DNA from: the human T2T-CHM13v2.0 reference genome, Homo sapiens
DNA length: 64,000 bases
Strand: one strand, 5' to 3'
Assembly (NCBI RefSeq): GCF_009914755.1
Contig: NC_060927.1
The notes beneath the pieces were generated by a model, which saw nothing but the letters and a program-made list of their open reading frames with translations, ran no database searches and had not been told where the DNA came from. The translations under genes were made by a program, and so were the position numbers. Of this stretch, positions 40,931 to 58,649 are shown piece by piece. The number at the start of each line of letters is the position of its first letter. Within the stretch, counting starts at the first letter, position 1.

Positions 40931-43129
40931 GCTGCTACCATCATGGTGCCCAGATCACTCAGATGCCTGGCAGTGGCAGGGAAAAGAGTAGCTTTATAAG
41001 TGGGAAGGGAAAAGCGCCCTGTCCCTCAAAGGAGGTGTGGCTCAAAGGTCAACCCTGCCTCACCCTCCTGTCGGCCACCCATCGTCCAGACTGGCTGCTC
41101 TCCTCTCCCCCGTCAGACCTCAATAGGGTGGTTTGGGGCCCAGCATCTGCCCAGAATGGGGCCATTCCAAAGCAAGCAAGAGGCAAGAGAAGCTGAAGGG
41201 GATCTTAGAGCCACTGGCCCCCTGGGAGGAGCAGCAGGGCAAGGCCTTCTGTGATGCTTCCCCTCTTGACAAATGTTCTTGGCTCCTCTGGCTGCTGCCT
41301 CTGCCAAGAGCCAGCCTTGGTCTGGGTTGTACATTTTCTCCTGAATAATGACCTAAGCACAGCCTTTCTAGGGATTAATGATGACCGCCGGGAGGGCTGA
41401 CAGCCCAGAAAACATTGTGCACCATCTCAGCTCTGTTCTTCTCTGGGCAAGAAGATCTCTACCTCCTCTGGGAGAGGAAAAGGGCTTTGAGACTACAGGG
41501 ACGGCACCTCTGTAACTGTCTTACGCAGGATCCCTGAATGCTGATGGGCTCACTGGGACAGCTGGAGTCCCAGGGCTGAGCTCCCAGTGACTACCCCAAG
41601 GTCAATTGGCGTTCAGTGTGGGCAGGGCAACCATGCTGGTACAGGGTGCTGGGTGCAGGGGAGGTAGAGGGGAGACGGAGAATGAGTGTTGGGGACAGGA
41701 TTCCTGTTCTCAGAGGTAAGGCCAAAGGGGCTGATCAGACAAGTGCACAAGTAGCTATGAGACACCCTAGGGAGTAAGTGCCACTCAAAGAAGGGGGACA
41801 CATTGCTTCTAACTGCAGAAGTCTCAGAAGGTCGTGTAGAGGAGGTGAAAGGAATGTGGGCTGGGCAGAGCTGGAATCTGCTGGGATGGAGTAGAAAGAC
41901 TCCAGGTGGCATGAGCAATGTGGCAGGAACATGCTGGGTAGGAACACACGGTCCAGCAGGGCTGGAGTGAAGGAGCCTGAAGGGGGTTTGTGTGCAATGG
42001 TGCTCAACTCCTAAAATGCCAAGCTAACCACGGGCTTCTCTAGGAGGGAATAGGGAATAGGGAGACGCTGGAAGGCTTGGGGTGGCCCTGGATTGGGGAG
42101 CGCAGGCCATCCGTTGCATCCTGATGAGTTCAAGTATGTGCCCCTTTGTCTCCATGACAGGCCTGGGTTGCTGGGTGCTGGGACATCAGGCCTGCAGGAC
42201 CCCGCAGGGTACGTACCCCCTCCACGACCCTCCAATGTCCTCGAGGAGCCCTGCCCACCCCCGACCTGAACCAGGCACCACAGGCGTTAGGGACAGTTGT
42301 GCCGGTTGGCTCCCCAGAGGGCCGGAACAGGAAGACCCAGCCCCAACTTTCCCCTTTCTCCCACATGCAAGGGAGTTGCAAGAAGCAGTTGTACATGAGG
42401 CCCCACTTGACAGAATGGCCTACGCAGGCCTCTTTAGCAGAGAGTGGCCTTGTCAGCTCCCAGGTCCAAATGACTGTTAGCATGCTGGCTCTGATCTGCA
42501 GCAGTGCCGGGCCCTCTCAAGCGCCTCCCTGGCGTCTCTGGGACTCTGGCGCTCTGTATCTGGCCCCAGGGTCTGGGGTGAGGCACTTGCCCGTCAGGGG
42601 TCAGAGGATCTGCTCAAAGCAGAAGCTGCTCTGATGCTGGGTCAGCAGTTTTCCCTCCACATGGCATGCTCCAGTCACTGTTTGCAAGGGCAGCATCTAG
42701 ATAGTGCTGGTCACTCTGGTCACTGCTCCTGGCCTCACCTGTAGCCCCCATGGCCAATATTGCTGGCAGCCCACACACAATCCCCGCTGCTGGCTCAGAG
42801 GGGCTCAGGCTGCTGGCACCACTTGAAAGCTGAATGTGGCTCAGACAGCAGCAGTCACTGAAACTGCCCCGGGCCCTGGGCTCAAACTCGGGGGGTAGGG
42901 GAGGGTGTTCTGGGGTCTGCAGCAGCCTGCTTGGGAGTGGGAATTCAGTTCGATCCATTTAATTCAACTTAAAGATTTGTTGAGTGCCTGTAAGAACCAG
43001 GCCCTGGGCTGAGATTAGACATATCCACAAGCAGATGTGGCCACAAAAAGGCCACCGTTTATAGTTCAGGGGGAAGACAGGAGCATAGCAGATACAACAC
43101 AAGGCTTCTGCACACACCGTCTCTTCTGT

Positions 43130-43470
43130 CTGGATTAACCCGCCCTCATCTTTTCACCTAATTAACTTTCCCTACTCTTCCCCCAGCTTTCAGCTCAGTG
43201 TGATTTCCTTGGAAAAGTTTTCCCAGCCTTCCGCGACTCAAGCAAATCCCCAGTTCAGTCCTCAGTTGGCCGCACATCCCACTCCTCGGCAGCATCGTCC
43301 CTCTTGCATTTGACAGTTGCCTGTATGATTCTTTCATTAATGTGTGTCTCCCCAGCTAGGCTGATGCAAGCTCCATGAGGACAGGACAAGGGTCCACTTC
43401 CCTCGCCACTCTCTGTTGAGTGCCTGGCACAGCGCCTGGCATAGGAAGAACCCCATCAGTACGTGTTGGG
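43130..43470 (+). mobile_element. L2 3' end
   Basis: tgcaagctccatgaggacaggac...agtgcctggcacagcgcctggcatagg. Confidence 0.7.
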
Positions 43471-43539
43471 AAATCACACGAGAAAAAGCGTATAGGACAA
43501 GGTCACTGCTAGAGTTACGCAGATGGAAACTTGAGAGCA

Positions 43540-43950
43540 TTCAAAGAGCTGAGATTGAGGGTGTAGAAAGCTGTCCTGGAGGAGCTGGCAGATGAGGAGA
43601 AGCTTGCCTCTGGCAGGTAGAGATGGGATAAGGCAGGAAGAGCAGACCACGGGAACTTGGAGGCCAGGAAGCACAGGCTGCACCTGGTGACTGGCAGGAG
43701 TTTGGTATGTCCGGAGCTTAGGGAAATGAATACACTGAGAAATGAGGTGACATGGGGTGACAAGCCTTGGATGGCAGGCTAGGAGCTGTGTTGTTAGGGG
43801 GCTGTGCAGGGCCATTGCTGGCTGGAGAGAAGCTGGACCCAGGAGGACCAGTTAGGAAGCCATGGCAGTTGGCCAGGCAGAAGCCAGATGCGAGGGCAGC
43901 AGGGCTGATGCTGAGAGGCAGTGGAGAAAGAGGCCATGGGCATTTGGCTA
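43540..43950 (-). mobile_element. L2 fragment
   Basis: ggaggaccagttaggaagccatggcagttggccaggcag...ggcagtggaga. Confidence 0.55.
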
Positions 43951-44315
43951 AGGAAACAGCTCTGGCTCATCATTCATCCCTCAGGCAGAAAAGGATGGGA
44001 AGCAGGGGGCAAGAGTCTACCCCCAGCTAGCTGTGTCCCTGGTGGAGCCTGAGTGGGGCCAGGGCGCCGCTGCCTTCTGAATTCTTGCCCGGCTGGGCTG
44101 CAGTGAATGTCCTGCTCCCTCCCTGGCCTGTGGGAAGATGTGGTGCTGGGAACCCCTGGACAGCAGATGCGTGTGGCCAGGGTGTGCGGGGTGTCCTCCA
44201 CTCCCCTCCAGGCCTCCTCTCCACCCTTCTCCACCCGCCCCTGGGCTTTGGAAGGCCATTCCTTGGACTGTGTAAGCCTGGTTGACTTGCCTTCGAGTGC
44301 CATTGGGTTGAGCCA

Positions 44316-45342
<1,027 letters not shown>

Positions 45343-45478
45343 AGCCATTGGGTAGGAACAGCAGGAGGTCAGTGGCAGGAGGAAAGTAGGGAAGTAATTC
45401 TCTCAGCTTCCTCTTTCGGGTTACTGAAGATTAACTGCATCCCCTACCAAAGACAGGACTTCTACCCAGTGGCTCTCC

Positions 45479-46990
45479 CACAGCTATAGCCCTATCAGAA
45501 TTCCCAGACCACGCCTCCCACACTCTCCCACTCTCTCCCACACTCCCACACTCTCCCACTCTCTCCCACACTCCCACACTCTCCCAAGCTCTCCCACTCT
45601 CTCCCACTCTCTCCCACAGTCCCACACTCTCCCACAATCCCACACTGTCCCACACTCTCCCACTCTCTCCCACACTCTCCCACATTCTCCCACACTCTCA
45701 ATCTCTCCCACACTCTCCCACACTCCCACACTCTCCCACTCTCTCCCACACTCTCTCCCACTCTCTCCCACTCTCTCCCACACTCTCCCACTCTCTCCTA
45801 CACTCTGCCACACTCCCACACTCTCCCACATTCTCCCACACTCTCAATCTCTCCCACACTCTCCCACAGTCTCCCACACTCTCCCACTCTCTCCCACACT
45901 CCCACACTCTCCTACTCTCTCCCACACTCCCACACTCTCCCAAGCTCTCCCACTGTCTCCCACTCTCTCCCACAGTCCCACACTCTCCCACAATCCCACA
46001 CTGTCCCACACTCTCCCACTCTCTCCCACACTCTCCCACATTCTCCCACACTCTCAATCTCTCCCACACTCTCCCACACTCCCACACTCTCCCACTCTCT
46101 CCCACACTCTCTCCCACTCTCTCCCACACTCTCCCACTCTCTCCTACACTCTGCCACACTCCCACACTCTCCCACATTCTCCCACACTCTCAATCTCTCC
46201 CACACTCTCCCACAGTCTCCCACACTCTCCCACTCTCTCCCACACTCCCACACTCTCCCACATTCTCCCACACTCTCAATCTCTCCCACACCCTCCCACA
46301 GTCTCCCACACTCTCCCACTCTCTCCCACTCTCTCCCACACTCTCCCACACTCTCCCACTCTCTCCCACACTCTCTCCCACTCTCTCCCACGCTCTCCCA
46401 CTCTCTCCCACTCTCTCCCACACTCTCCCACTCTCTCCCACCCTCCCACACTCTCCTACTCTCTCCCCCACTCTCTCCCACACTCTCCCACTCTCTCCCA
46501 CCCTCCCACACTCTCCCACACTCTCCTACACTCTCCCAGTCTCCCACAGTCTCCCACACTCTCCCACAGTCTCCCACTCTCTCCCACACTCTCACACTCT
46601 CCCACACTCTCCCACTCTCTCCCACTCTCTCCCACACTCTCCCACACTCTCCCACACTCTCTCCCACGCTCTCCCACGCTCTCCCACTCTCTCCCACACT
46701 CTCCCACTCTCTCCCACCCTCCCACACTCTCCCACTCTCTCCCACTCTCTCCCACTCTCTCCCACTCTCTCCCACTCTCTCCCACACTCTCCCACTCTCT
46801 CCCACCCTCCCACACTATCCCACCCTCCCACACTCTCCCACACTCTCCTACACTCTCCCACACTCTCCCAGTCTCCCACACTCTCCCACACTCTCCCACA
46901 CTCTCCCACATTCTTCCACTCTCTCCCACACTCTCCCACACTGCCACAGCTACAGCCCTATCAGAATTCCCAGACCACCCCTCCCACACT
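45479..46990. repeat. About 1.5-kb C-rich satellite/VNTR of 8-12-bp units (CTCTCCCACA, CTCTCCCA, CTCCCACA)
   Basis: Direct read. Flanked by a 46-bp direct repeat and contains a 346-356-bp higher-order duplication. Confidence 0.97.
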
Positions 46991-47032
46991 TTGCCCCTCC
47001 TAACCCTGAGGAGCTTCACCATCCCATGATGA

Positions 47033-47350
<318 letters not shown>

Positions 47351-47636
47351 TGAATAAATATTTCTTAGCTACACATACATTACTATTTTTCAGATTAATC
47401 TAAATGCTGTTGTAATACAAATTTATTTGAGTGTTAGAGCTTCATGTAGTTTTTTGTAAGTATGTATGTTCTTTATAAATTGATGCTGAAAATAGAACTA
47501 TACTCACAAGGGAGAGGTCCTGAAACTGGAAATCATGGGAACCCTAGCACTGGGGGCCTAATTCCTGCTTCTTGTCCAGAGGAGAGATTTTAGTGGGAAA
47601 CTGTGAGTTCTCTGCCTGAGCAGACTCCTCCTCTAG

Positions 47637-48025
<389 letters not shown>

Positions 48026-48899
48026 CTTTACGCGTGTTTCTATCTCTACACCTCCCTTTGGTTCATCCAGCTCTGTGTGTCCACACTCCTGGCTTGGGTG
48101 CAGCCCTTGTGCTGATGGATTGGCAACCTTGGCACAAGGATACCCATGCTGATTCCCACTGGGGGATGGAATCATTTTTTCATCCCCTTTCTTCATTCTG
48201 GGCTAGAACAGCAAGACTGGAAGAACTCTAGAAATTAGTTGTTAACCAATCCTTTCTTTCGGAAGGCTGAGAAATTGTAGCTGGGGAGGGGAATGGGCTG
48301 TTCAAGGTGACCCTCCCTCGGTGGAATGGGGTCTCCTGACCTAACTTCAGTCCTCTTTCCATTCCACCAGAAAAGACACTTACCAAGCTCTCATTAAATT
48401 AAGTTTTAACATGACTCAGGGTCTCTGGTCAATTTATTTTAGGCGTTTGTGCTCATTTCTATCTGAAGAAATAAATACATACCTATTTAATTTTACTTTT
48501 CTCATTTAAGTGTGCCACTATTTTGAGAGCAACCAGGGAACAAAATTCTGACCCCATTAATGGGTCTCATTTTGTTGGTCTTTATCTTTATAGAGCTTCC
48601 TTTTTTTTTCTAACTTCCTTATACACTTTGCCTTATAATTCCACCATTTAATTTTTACCTCTGGGGGAGGGCCAGGGCCTGGAAGATCTGTTTCCAATCA
48701 TTACAATTATTAAGATGATGAACAGTAGCCCCTTGATTCCCCAGTGGGCACATCAGGGCTTCAAGGTGGGGTGAGGTAGGCAGGAAGAGTGGAGGAAGGA
48801 AGCAGAAGCGAAGAACCAAGGAGAAGAGAGGGGGGGAGGCATCTCTGAGCAGCCCCAGCACTCCCTGCAGCCCCTTTCAAAGCAGACAGCAGGTGCTGA

Positions 48900-49470
48900 A
48901 GGGCTGTGCAGGGCCTCGTCTCCTGCCCCGAGGAGCCTGAGGCTGTTGGGAGGGGCAGGAGGGCTCCTGGAGCTAGGGGAGCCGCACCAGACCATACGTT
49001 CACCTTCTGGAACCCCGAACACCGCTGGGGAACGCGTGCGAGCACCCCAGGGCTGGTTTGAGAGGATGGCGAGGACCCAACTTGGAGGCCGGCTGAAAAG
49101 CATCTCCTTCACTTCCTCCCTCCCTCTCCCACTTTCTAGAATTTCTCATTCGTCCACTTTTTCATACGTCGATTTCCCAGTCCTCCTCTCATCAATCACT
49201 TCTTCCATTTATTTTAACTCCATCTAAAGCCTTTATTTATCCCCCTTTTTCTCTCGACACTCATCTCTATTTGTGTGTTCATGGTGCTGAAAACCGAACG
49301 GATAACAAATTGCTTCGATTCGGACCAGATCCTTCTGCTGAGCTCCTTGGCCTCTGAGGCCGCCTATAACAGCGCCTGCATCGACTCTATTTGTTTTCTC
49401 TCACTTACGGTCCCAGTGGCGCTTAATTTTTCATCATGCATTTCTGTCGTCTCCTCAGTTTCCCTGTAAG
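48900..49470. promoter_or_regulatory. Candidate CpG-retaining regulatory element (orphan CpG island or enhancer)
   Basis: About 25 CpGs counted by eye in about 550 bp of non-repeat sequence. Confidence 0.4.
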
Positions 49471-50074
49471 CATCTTCAGGAACAAGCCCATGGTCCCCAG
49501 AGCCCCTTCTCCTCACCGAGTCCTATCCTCAGGCCTCCCGCCAGGCCCTGCAGCTGCTCAGGAAATGGGTGTGGGGAGATTAATGCCTCCTCACACCCCA
49601 TGAAGGCTTCTGACCTTCACTGCACAGTGGAATGCTTTCAGCTGGGGTGGTGGCGCAGCCAGGGGTGGCTTGAGTTGGCCTTACACCCAATCACTTCCAT
49701 CATCCATCCCAAATAAAAATACACTAAGAAAAAAGAACACTCACTAGCAAACATCAGCTCAAGACAATCACCAGACTCTTACACCCCCCACCGCCAGCTT
49801 TCTACCTGAGTCTTTCTTTCCTCTGTAGAGACTGGCCCCTGGTCTAGGAAGATCTTTCCCTCCATTCTCTGACTATTTACACTATTTATGTATTTGCCTC
49901 TGCTGAAAAAAAAAATCATCTTTCTTTTCTAAGTAATGATTGCCAGCGCTAAGCTGGGAGCTAGTGACAGGGAAGATGACTTCATTGACTTTGTCCTTGA
50001 GGAGAACGTGGCAAAGGAGAATGACAAGTATACATGTACAATTAAATAGACATTCATCTTAAAATGTATTTAAT

Positions 50075-50210
50075 TTAATTTTTTTATTTTTTTTTAAAGA
50101 GATGAGGTCTATGTTGCCCAAGTTGGTCTCAAACTCCCGAGCGCAAGTGATCCTCCCACCTCAGCCTCCCAAAGTGCTAGGATTACAGGCATGAACCACC
50201 AAGCCTGGCC
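50075..50210 (-). mobile_element. FLAM/Alu monomer
   Basis: TSD cttaaaatgtattt. Confidence 0.88.
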
Positions 50211-50354
50211 TTAAAATGTATTTTAGCAAGTACATACTGTGTGTCAGGCATCATTACAGGTGTTGGACCACAGCAGAGAACAACAGAAAAGTTCAAAGAA
50301 CCCTGACAGGTTTATAGTATTTACCCATTGATAGGGCTTATAGTATTTACCCAT

Positions 50355-50970
<616 letters not shown>

Positions 50971-50989
50971 CATCCACAGCACGGAGGAA

Positions 50990-52260
50990 GGAGGGGATAT
51001 TCAGAGGATGCTCTTGTACACCAATATCTGTGTCTCCTTTTCTTGTTGGGATACTAGTAGACTGACTTTCCAAGAGCTCTTGCATCTAGTGGGGCTATGT
51101 GAATAGTTCTTGTCAATGGACACACCCTTGCAGGTTTGTCCTAAGAACTTCCACAAGCTTCTTCGTGATCTCTTTTTCCTCACCTGCCAACCAGTTATCT
51201 GAATCCAGCGAAAAGGTTCAGTGCCCTACCAGGTACCCAAGCCACACAATGGAACTTGTGTGTCAAGAGAAAAATATCTAAAAATCTTAAAAGATAATTC
51301 ACCTGTTAAATCCCTGAATTAATGGAACAATGGATCCCTGAGTGACAACATGGAGCAGAGCTCTCACTTCTGTCACTTCCACTCGAGTCAATCAACATTG
51401 CACTGTGACATGAGGAGGATAAAATGTTTATTTTGTATTAATTGTTACGTTCCACTGAGATTTGGCAGCTGTTCGTTTCAGCAATTAGTATTTTTTGACT
51501 AATATAATAATTCATTTCTTGAAGTGGGGTACTTCCATGACAAAAACTAAAATACAAAGGCTGAGCAAAAAGGAAAGAGATGTAGCGGGTTAGGTAACTG
51601 GAGATCCATGTTATACTCAGACAGACAAAACATTTGGTAAAAACTATTGCCTATTATAACCTGGAAGTAAAAAACACATGCTCTAGGAGAGGCGGAAGGA
51701 AACGAGTAAACAAGAATATTATGCTGTTTTGCTTGTTGTTGCTGCATTCGGCAAGATATTACAAGAAAAACAATGAGCTCAGAAAAGAACTGCTCAATTC
51801 ACAAGAAGAAATGAAACAGAATGGAGAGAATCAGAAATTCGGGACACGCAGCAATGGGGAAAAAAAATGACCTCTTCTAGAAAACTCTTTCCTCTTTGGG
51901 CCTTATTTTTCTACCTCCCCAGATAAAATTAATCTCGTATTAGTGGAGATCTGCTAACTGTTGTAACAATCCCCTGTGTTTAGTACAATGAAAGTTTCTC
52001 TCTCAGACACTGTTCAGTGTCTGAATTTTAAAAGGTTTTGAACAAAGAAGACCCAATGAATCTTTCTTCTCACTAAACACAGTGAATCACCTCTGAGGCA
52101 AACATCAACTCATGGATTGTACCTTTCTACCCAAGTCTGATAGCCTCAACATAGCCATCATTATGTTAAGAAAGAATGGCATGAGGAAGCAAACAGAAAG
52201 AAGGCAGCATTGAGAATTATGACTCGGAAAAAAAATAGGGGTATAATTAATAGCATGTTA
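50990..52260 (+). mobile_element. MLT1 (H/I/J-like) LTR followed by MLT1 internal sequence
   Basis: LTR 3' end ccactgagatttggcagctgttcg...tgactaatata at about 51506, then gaagtggggtac... internal-like sequence. Confidence 0.6.
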
Positions 52261-52262
52261 TT

Positions 52263-52776
<514 letters not shown>

Positions 52777-52989
52777 CTAAGTTGTTGAGAGAACTGTGTT
52801 GCCAACGAAGCCAGGAGACTGGGTTTAAAGGGTTTTGAACATCCCAACAACCCAAAGTTCCTAAATTTGGAGCTAGATACAGGGACTGGATGGGACTTTG
52901 CTTATCCTCCCCTGGGAGGAAAGCCAATGACAGGCTGTGGCAGAGACTGCTAAGGAAGGCTCCTACCCTGGGTTCATCCTGCTACCACG

Positions 52990-53368
52990 TGCATCCGTTT
53001 TCTAGGGCTGCCACAACAAAACACCACAGACTGCGTCCCTTAAACAACAGGCATTTATTTCCTCACAGCTCTGGAAGCTGGAAGTCCAAGATCAAGGTGT
53101 CAGCAGGTTTGGTTTCTTCTGAGACCCCCCTCCTTGGCTTGTAGATGACTACCTTCTGTGTGCAAGTCCATTGAGCCACTCTGTGTGCCAAATTTCCTCT
53201 TCTTATAAGGACACCAATAAGATTGGATAAGGGCCCACCCTAACAGCCTCATTCTAACTTAACTGCCTCTTCAAATGGCTCTGCTCTCTATGCAGCCACA
53301 TTCTGAGGTACTGAGGGTTAGGATTTTTAACATGTGAATTGAAGGGGACAAAATTCAGCCTTCACATC
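52990..53368 (-). mobile_element. MLT1A/A0-like solo LTR
   Basis: ctagggctgccacaacaaaacaccacagactg...ttctgaggtactgagggttagga...ggggacaaaattcagcc. Confidence 0.87.
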
Positions 53369-53883
53369 TAGGTAGGCCACATACTCCACTTCCAGCCTGG
53401 ACGCTTTCAAACCACCCGTGACACCTGTCACGGTTGCTGCTTCCCTGCCTGTCACGCTGCTGCAGAAAATCCAGGAGGAGGCTCCGAGGCTCTGGAAGAC
53501 AGGGAGACCACGCCAGGGAAGGAGACTGGGTCCTGAGTGGGTGTGCACAGCAGCACCCTCCCGCAACCTGTCCTGGACAGGGTCTGAGGCAGCAGCGTGC
53601 ACTGAATGAAGCCCCTGAGACTTCAGGGTTGAATGTCACGGCAGTTGGCAAGTCCCCACTGACACAGACAGGTTTATTTTGGGCGTCTTCACCAGGACTC
53701 AGCCAGGCCTGCCGTGTGTCAGGGCAGAGAACCACGCATGTCGGCACCTGGCTTGCATTTTAATAAAAGTTATAATTGGAGTTGTATGGGCTTAAGAAAA
53801 AACATTCAAACACTGAGTGAGAAAATCTGGCACGCACCTTCCCTAATGACATTCTCCAAGTAACAATTTTAAAAAAAGGTAGA

Positions 53884-54345
<462 letters not shown>

Positions 54346-54719
54346 TCATTTTTGAGATTGTGAAATGCGTGTGTGATGGTGAGTTCCTCGCGTCTGCAGA
54401 AGTCTGCTGCCACTTGATTGACTTGGCTTCCAAGGCTGGTTCTGTGGAGAGCCGTCCCACCCAGGTGCTCAGCCTGGAGTTGAGATCCACCCCAGGCTTC
54501 TGGATGCAGGGGTCAAGAGTCCACCTCCCTCAAACAATTCTAGTCAAGTGTGCTTTCCAGAAACGGAAATCTTTACTATTTTAGCACAAATAGAAAAATA
54601 AACACGCATTGCACACGTTTGCCTCCCCACCCCCTGCAGAAATAAACACCCCACTAGAGGACATAATCCGGAGCAAGGCTGCGGGAGACATCCAGGCTTT
54701 GACGCTGGCCTGGTGCCTC

Positions 54720-54943
54720 ATAGAGGCAGCGTCGCACGGCGGTTAGTCACCTGGGCTTTGGCATTAGGCCGTCAGGTCCAGAAACTCTGCTGACCACTGG
54801 GCAGCTGCCTGTGGCTTGGGGAAGTTATTTCAGTTCTCTGAGCATCAGATTCTCCATCTATAGATAGATGTGGTGATAATAACATCACTTCCCGCAAAGG
54901 GTTGTATGTGATGAAACAAAATCATGCATAGAAAACACTTAGC
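54720..54943 (+). mobile_element. MIR SINE
   Basis: ttggggaagttatttcagttctctgagcatcagattctccatctatag. Confidence 0.65.
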
Positions 54944-54944
54944 A

Positions 54945-55498
<554 letters not shown>

Positions 55499-57110
55499 TC
55501 AATCAAGATGAGCCATTATTACCTCCTCCTGCTAAATTCGACTTTCCTTCCTCACTTCAAGAACTTCCAACTCTCCCTATTGCTTCAGTTGCTGGTGAGC
55601 TGTTTGCGGGACCCCTGTGTCCCCTGGGTGTCCTCTGGGTTCTCCTGCCTGTGTTCCTCTCGCTGCTGCCCAGACACCAACCCCAACTGTCCTGCTGAGA
55701 GCAGGGTGGAGTGCTGCTGTGTGCGTTCCACCTGGACACCAACCAGTTTCCATTCTGTGAAATTTCCTCTTCTTCCTTGGCTTTCATTTCCACCCACTGA
55801 AAACATTTGTGAGTTATTTTCTTTGTTTAACAAACATTGAGTATGCATGTAATACAGTTTCGCATTTCTAGCCTAATTATTATTCTAAATCATCACTTAA
55901 CTTTCATATGTAATGTTTACTGATTTTATAGCAACTGTATATATAATTAATCAGTGTACTTTGGATTACTAGTTTTTGATACTAGTTTTTGATACGCGCT
56001 GTATTTGTTAGTCCTTGGAAATCTTGATGAACAAGCTATTATGCTTACATAATACGATAATGACATGGAAATAGGTTCGCTGCAAACATAGGGAAAAGCT
56101 GTCCAAGAAGCCCTTGGCTCTTCTATCTTGGCTCTGGGGGCTCTTGGCCTGGATCCTGTCACCTGTAGACACTGGAATAAGCGTGTTATCCAGCAGACCT
56201 CAGTGAGCTTTGGGGGAAGACCCAGAAAGCCCTAGCTGCGTGAGACGGCCCAGCCTTTCCCTTTCTCTGGCACTTGCTCGGCCTCTCCTGGCAAAACATC
56301 CCAGCCTGGATTCAGCCACCATCCAGATGCTGAGCCCCACCCCAGACCCTCTAAAGAGGAGGGCTCTATGCAAGTTGGCCTGTGGTATTTGCTGAAGGGA
56401 AGCAGATCCTGTCTGCTTTGTTATCAGCAACCCCAGATGACCCCAGCTCTCATGTGTGTGTTTGAGAAACGCTTCCTGCTCGTACAGAAGCCACACAGGG
56501 GTTGGTGGGAGTGTGCAGCCTCCAGGTGAGTGTGTGTGTAAGTGGAGTGTCAGGTGGAGTCTCTTCAGCCTCTCTCTCTCTTTCTTTCTCTCTCTCTCCT
56601 CTCTCTCAAAGATTGTTTGACTTGGATTTTCACGACACTATCACACACAATGTCCCAAATGATTCTCAGCACAGCCCAGAGAGCTGCACAAGGGAAGAAG
56701 CTTGTGAATCTCACACCAGATGTGCCAGAGGCCGGAGGCTGCACTCTGCCTCTCATCCCATGGGAAGGGACAGGCACCCAGGAGCACTGTCCTGCCTCCT
56801 CTTCCTCCAGCCCACGCTTCGAAGAGCTATGACCTTGTCCTTAAGGGCTTTACAGGACCTCGTGGCTCCCTAAAGCCTGAGGCCCAAGTCCCTCACTTTT
56901 ATGTGCTTTGATGGTCTTGCCACCTTCTTTGTTTGTTTGTTCATTTGTTCATTCATTCATTGAAAGAACATTTCCTGAGTTTTCTGGAAGAAGATGGGAC
57001 ACATTGGAAGAATAGATGTCTGGGAATGCTCAGACCAGATCAGTGTGGATAGTGACTGGGGAGTTGGAGGGTTGCAAAGAAGTCTGAGGCAAGGAGCCCA
57101 GTTAGAAGGG

Positions 57111-57295
57111 TGTATTAGTCAGGGTTCTTTTGAGGGACAGAACTAATAGGATAGATAGATATATAAAGGAGAGTTTATTAAGTATTAACTCACACGATCA
57201 CAGGGTCCCACCATAGGCCATCTGCAAGCTGAGGAGCAAAGACAGCCAGTCCGCGTCCCAAAGCTGAAGAACTTGGAGTCGTATTAACCATCACA
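57111..57295 (-). mobile_element. MLT2A-like LTR, internally deleted
   Basis: tgtattagtcagggttc...gtattaaccatcaca; TSD aaggg/gaggg. Confidence 0.85.
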
Positions 57296-57722
57296 GAGGG
57301 TGTTGTCAGTCTAGAGGAGAAAGGGTAACGTCCTAAAATAAGGTGGTAGCAGAGTGGTCAGCATGGCTGGGGAAGCACCATGGGTCAAAGTAGCCAAAGC
57401 CCACGGTTTTCAGCCCTGGTTCTAGAGTCAAATACAAAGCCCCAACTCTCCTGATTATATCCGCCCCCTGCCCCAGGAATGGTTCTGGGGCTCTGCTCAG
57501 GGCTGGTGCATACTCCCTCTCTCTGAGGCCTCGCCCCATTAGTTATCAGCTCTGACTTCCACCAGCCACTCCCAGGCCTTTTTCTACAGACCTCGTTATT
57601 TTAACAATGACATTCTTGGGGCCCCTGGTGGCAGTTTGTTGCTAATAAAAAAGGTCTGGGTTGCAGATGCTTCCCCCAACTGTGCCCATCTCCCTCTCAG
57701 ATACTGCGTTAAACCTACTTCA

Positions 57723-58129
<407 letters not shown>

Positions 58130-58184
58130 CTACCCACCACCTATTTTTATTGCTTTCTTGGGGCTTAAGAATCTTGACTCCATC

Positions 58185-58537
<353 letters not shown>

Positions 58538-58649
58538 TCAATAAAAGAGATGTGTGCTAATTTGCAGGGCATTGTAAGGCAGAACAGGGACTGGTGCTGA
58601 ATGTTCCAACTGAAATTAATAAGGAAAAAAACTAGGTAGAAAATTTAAA

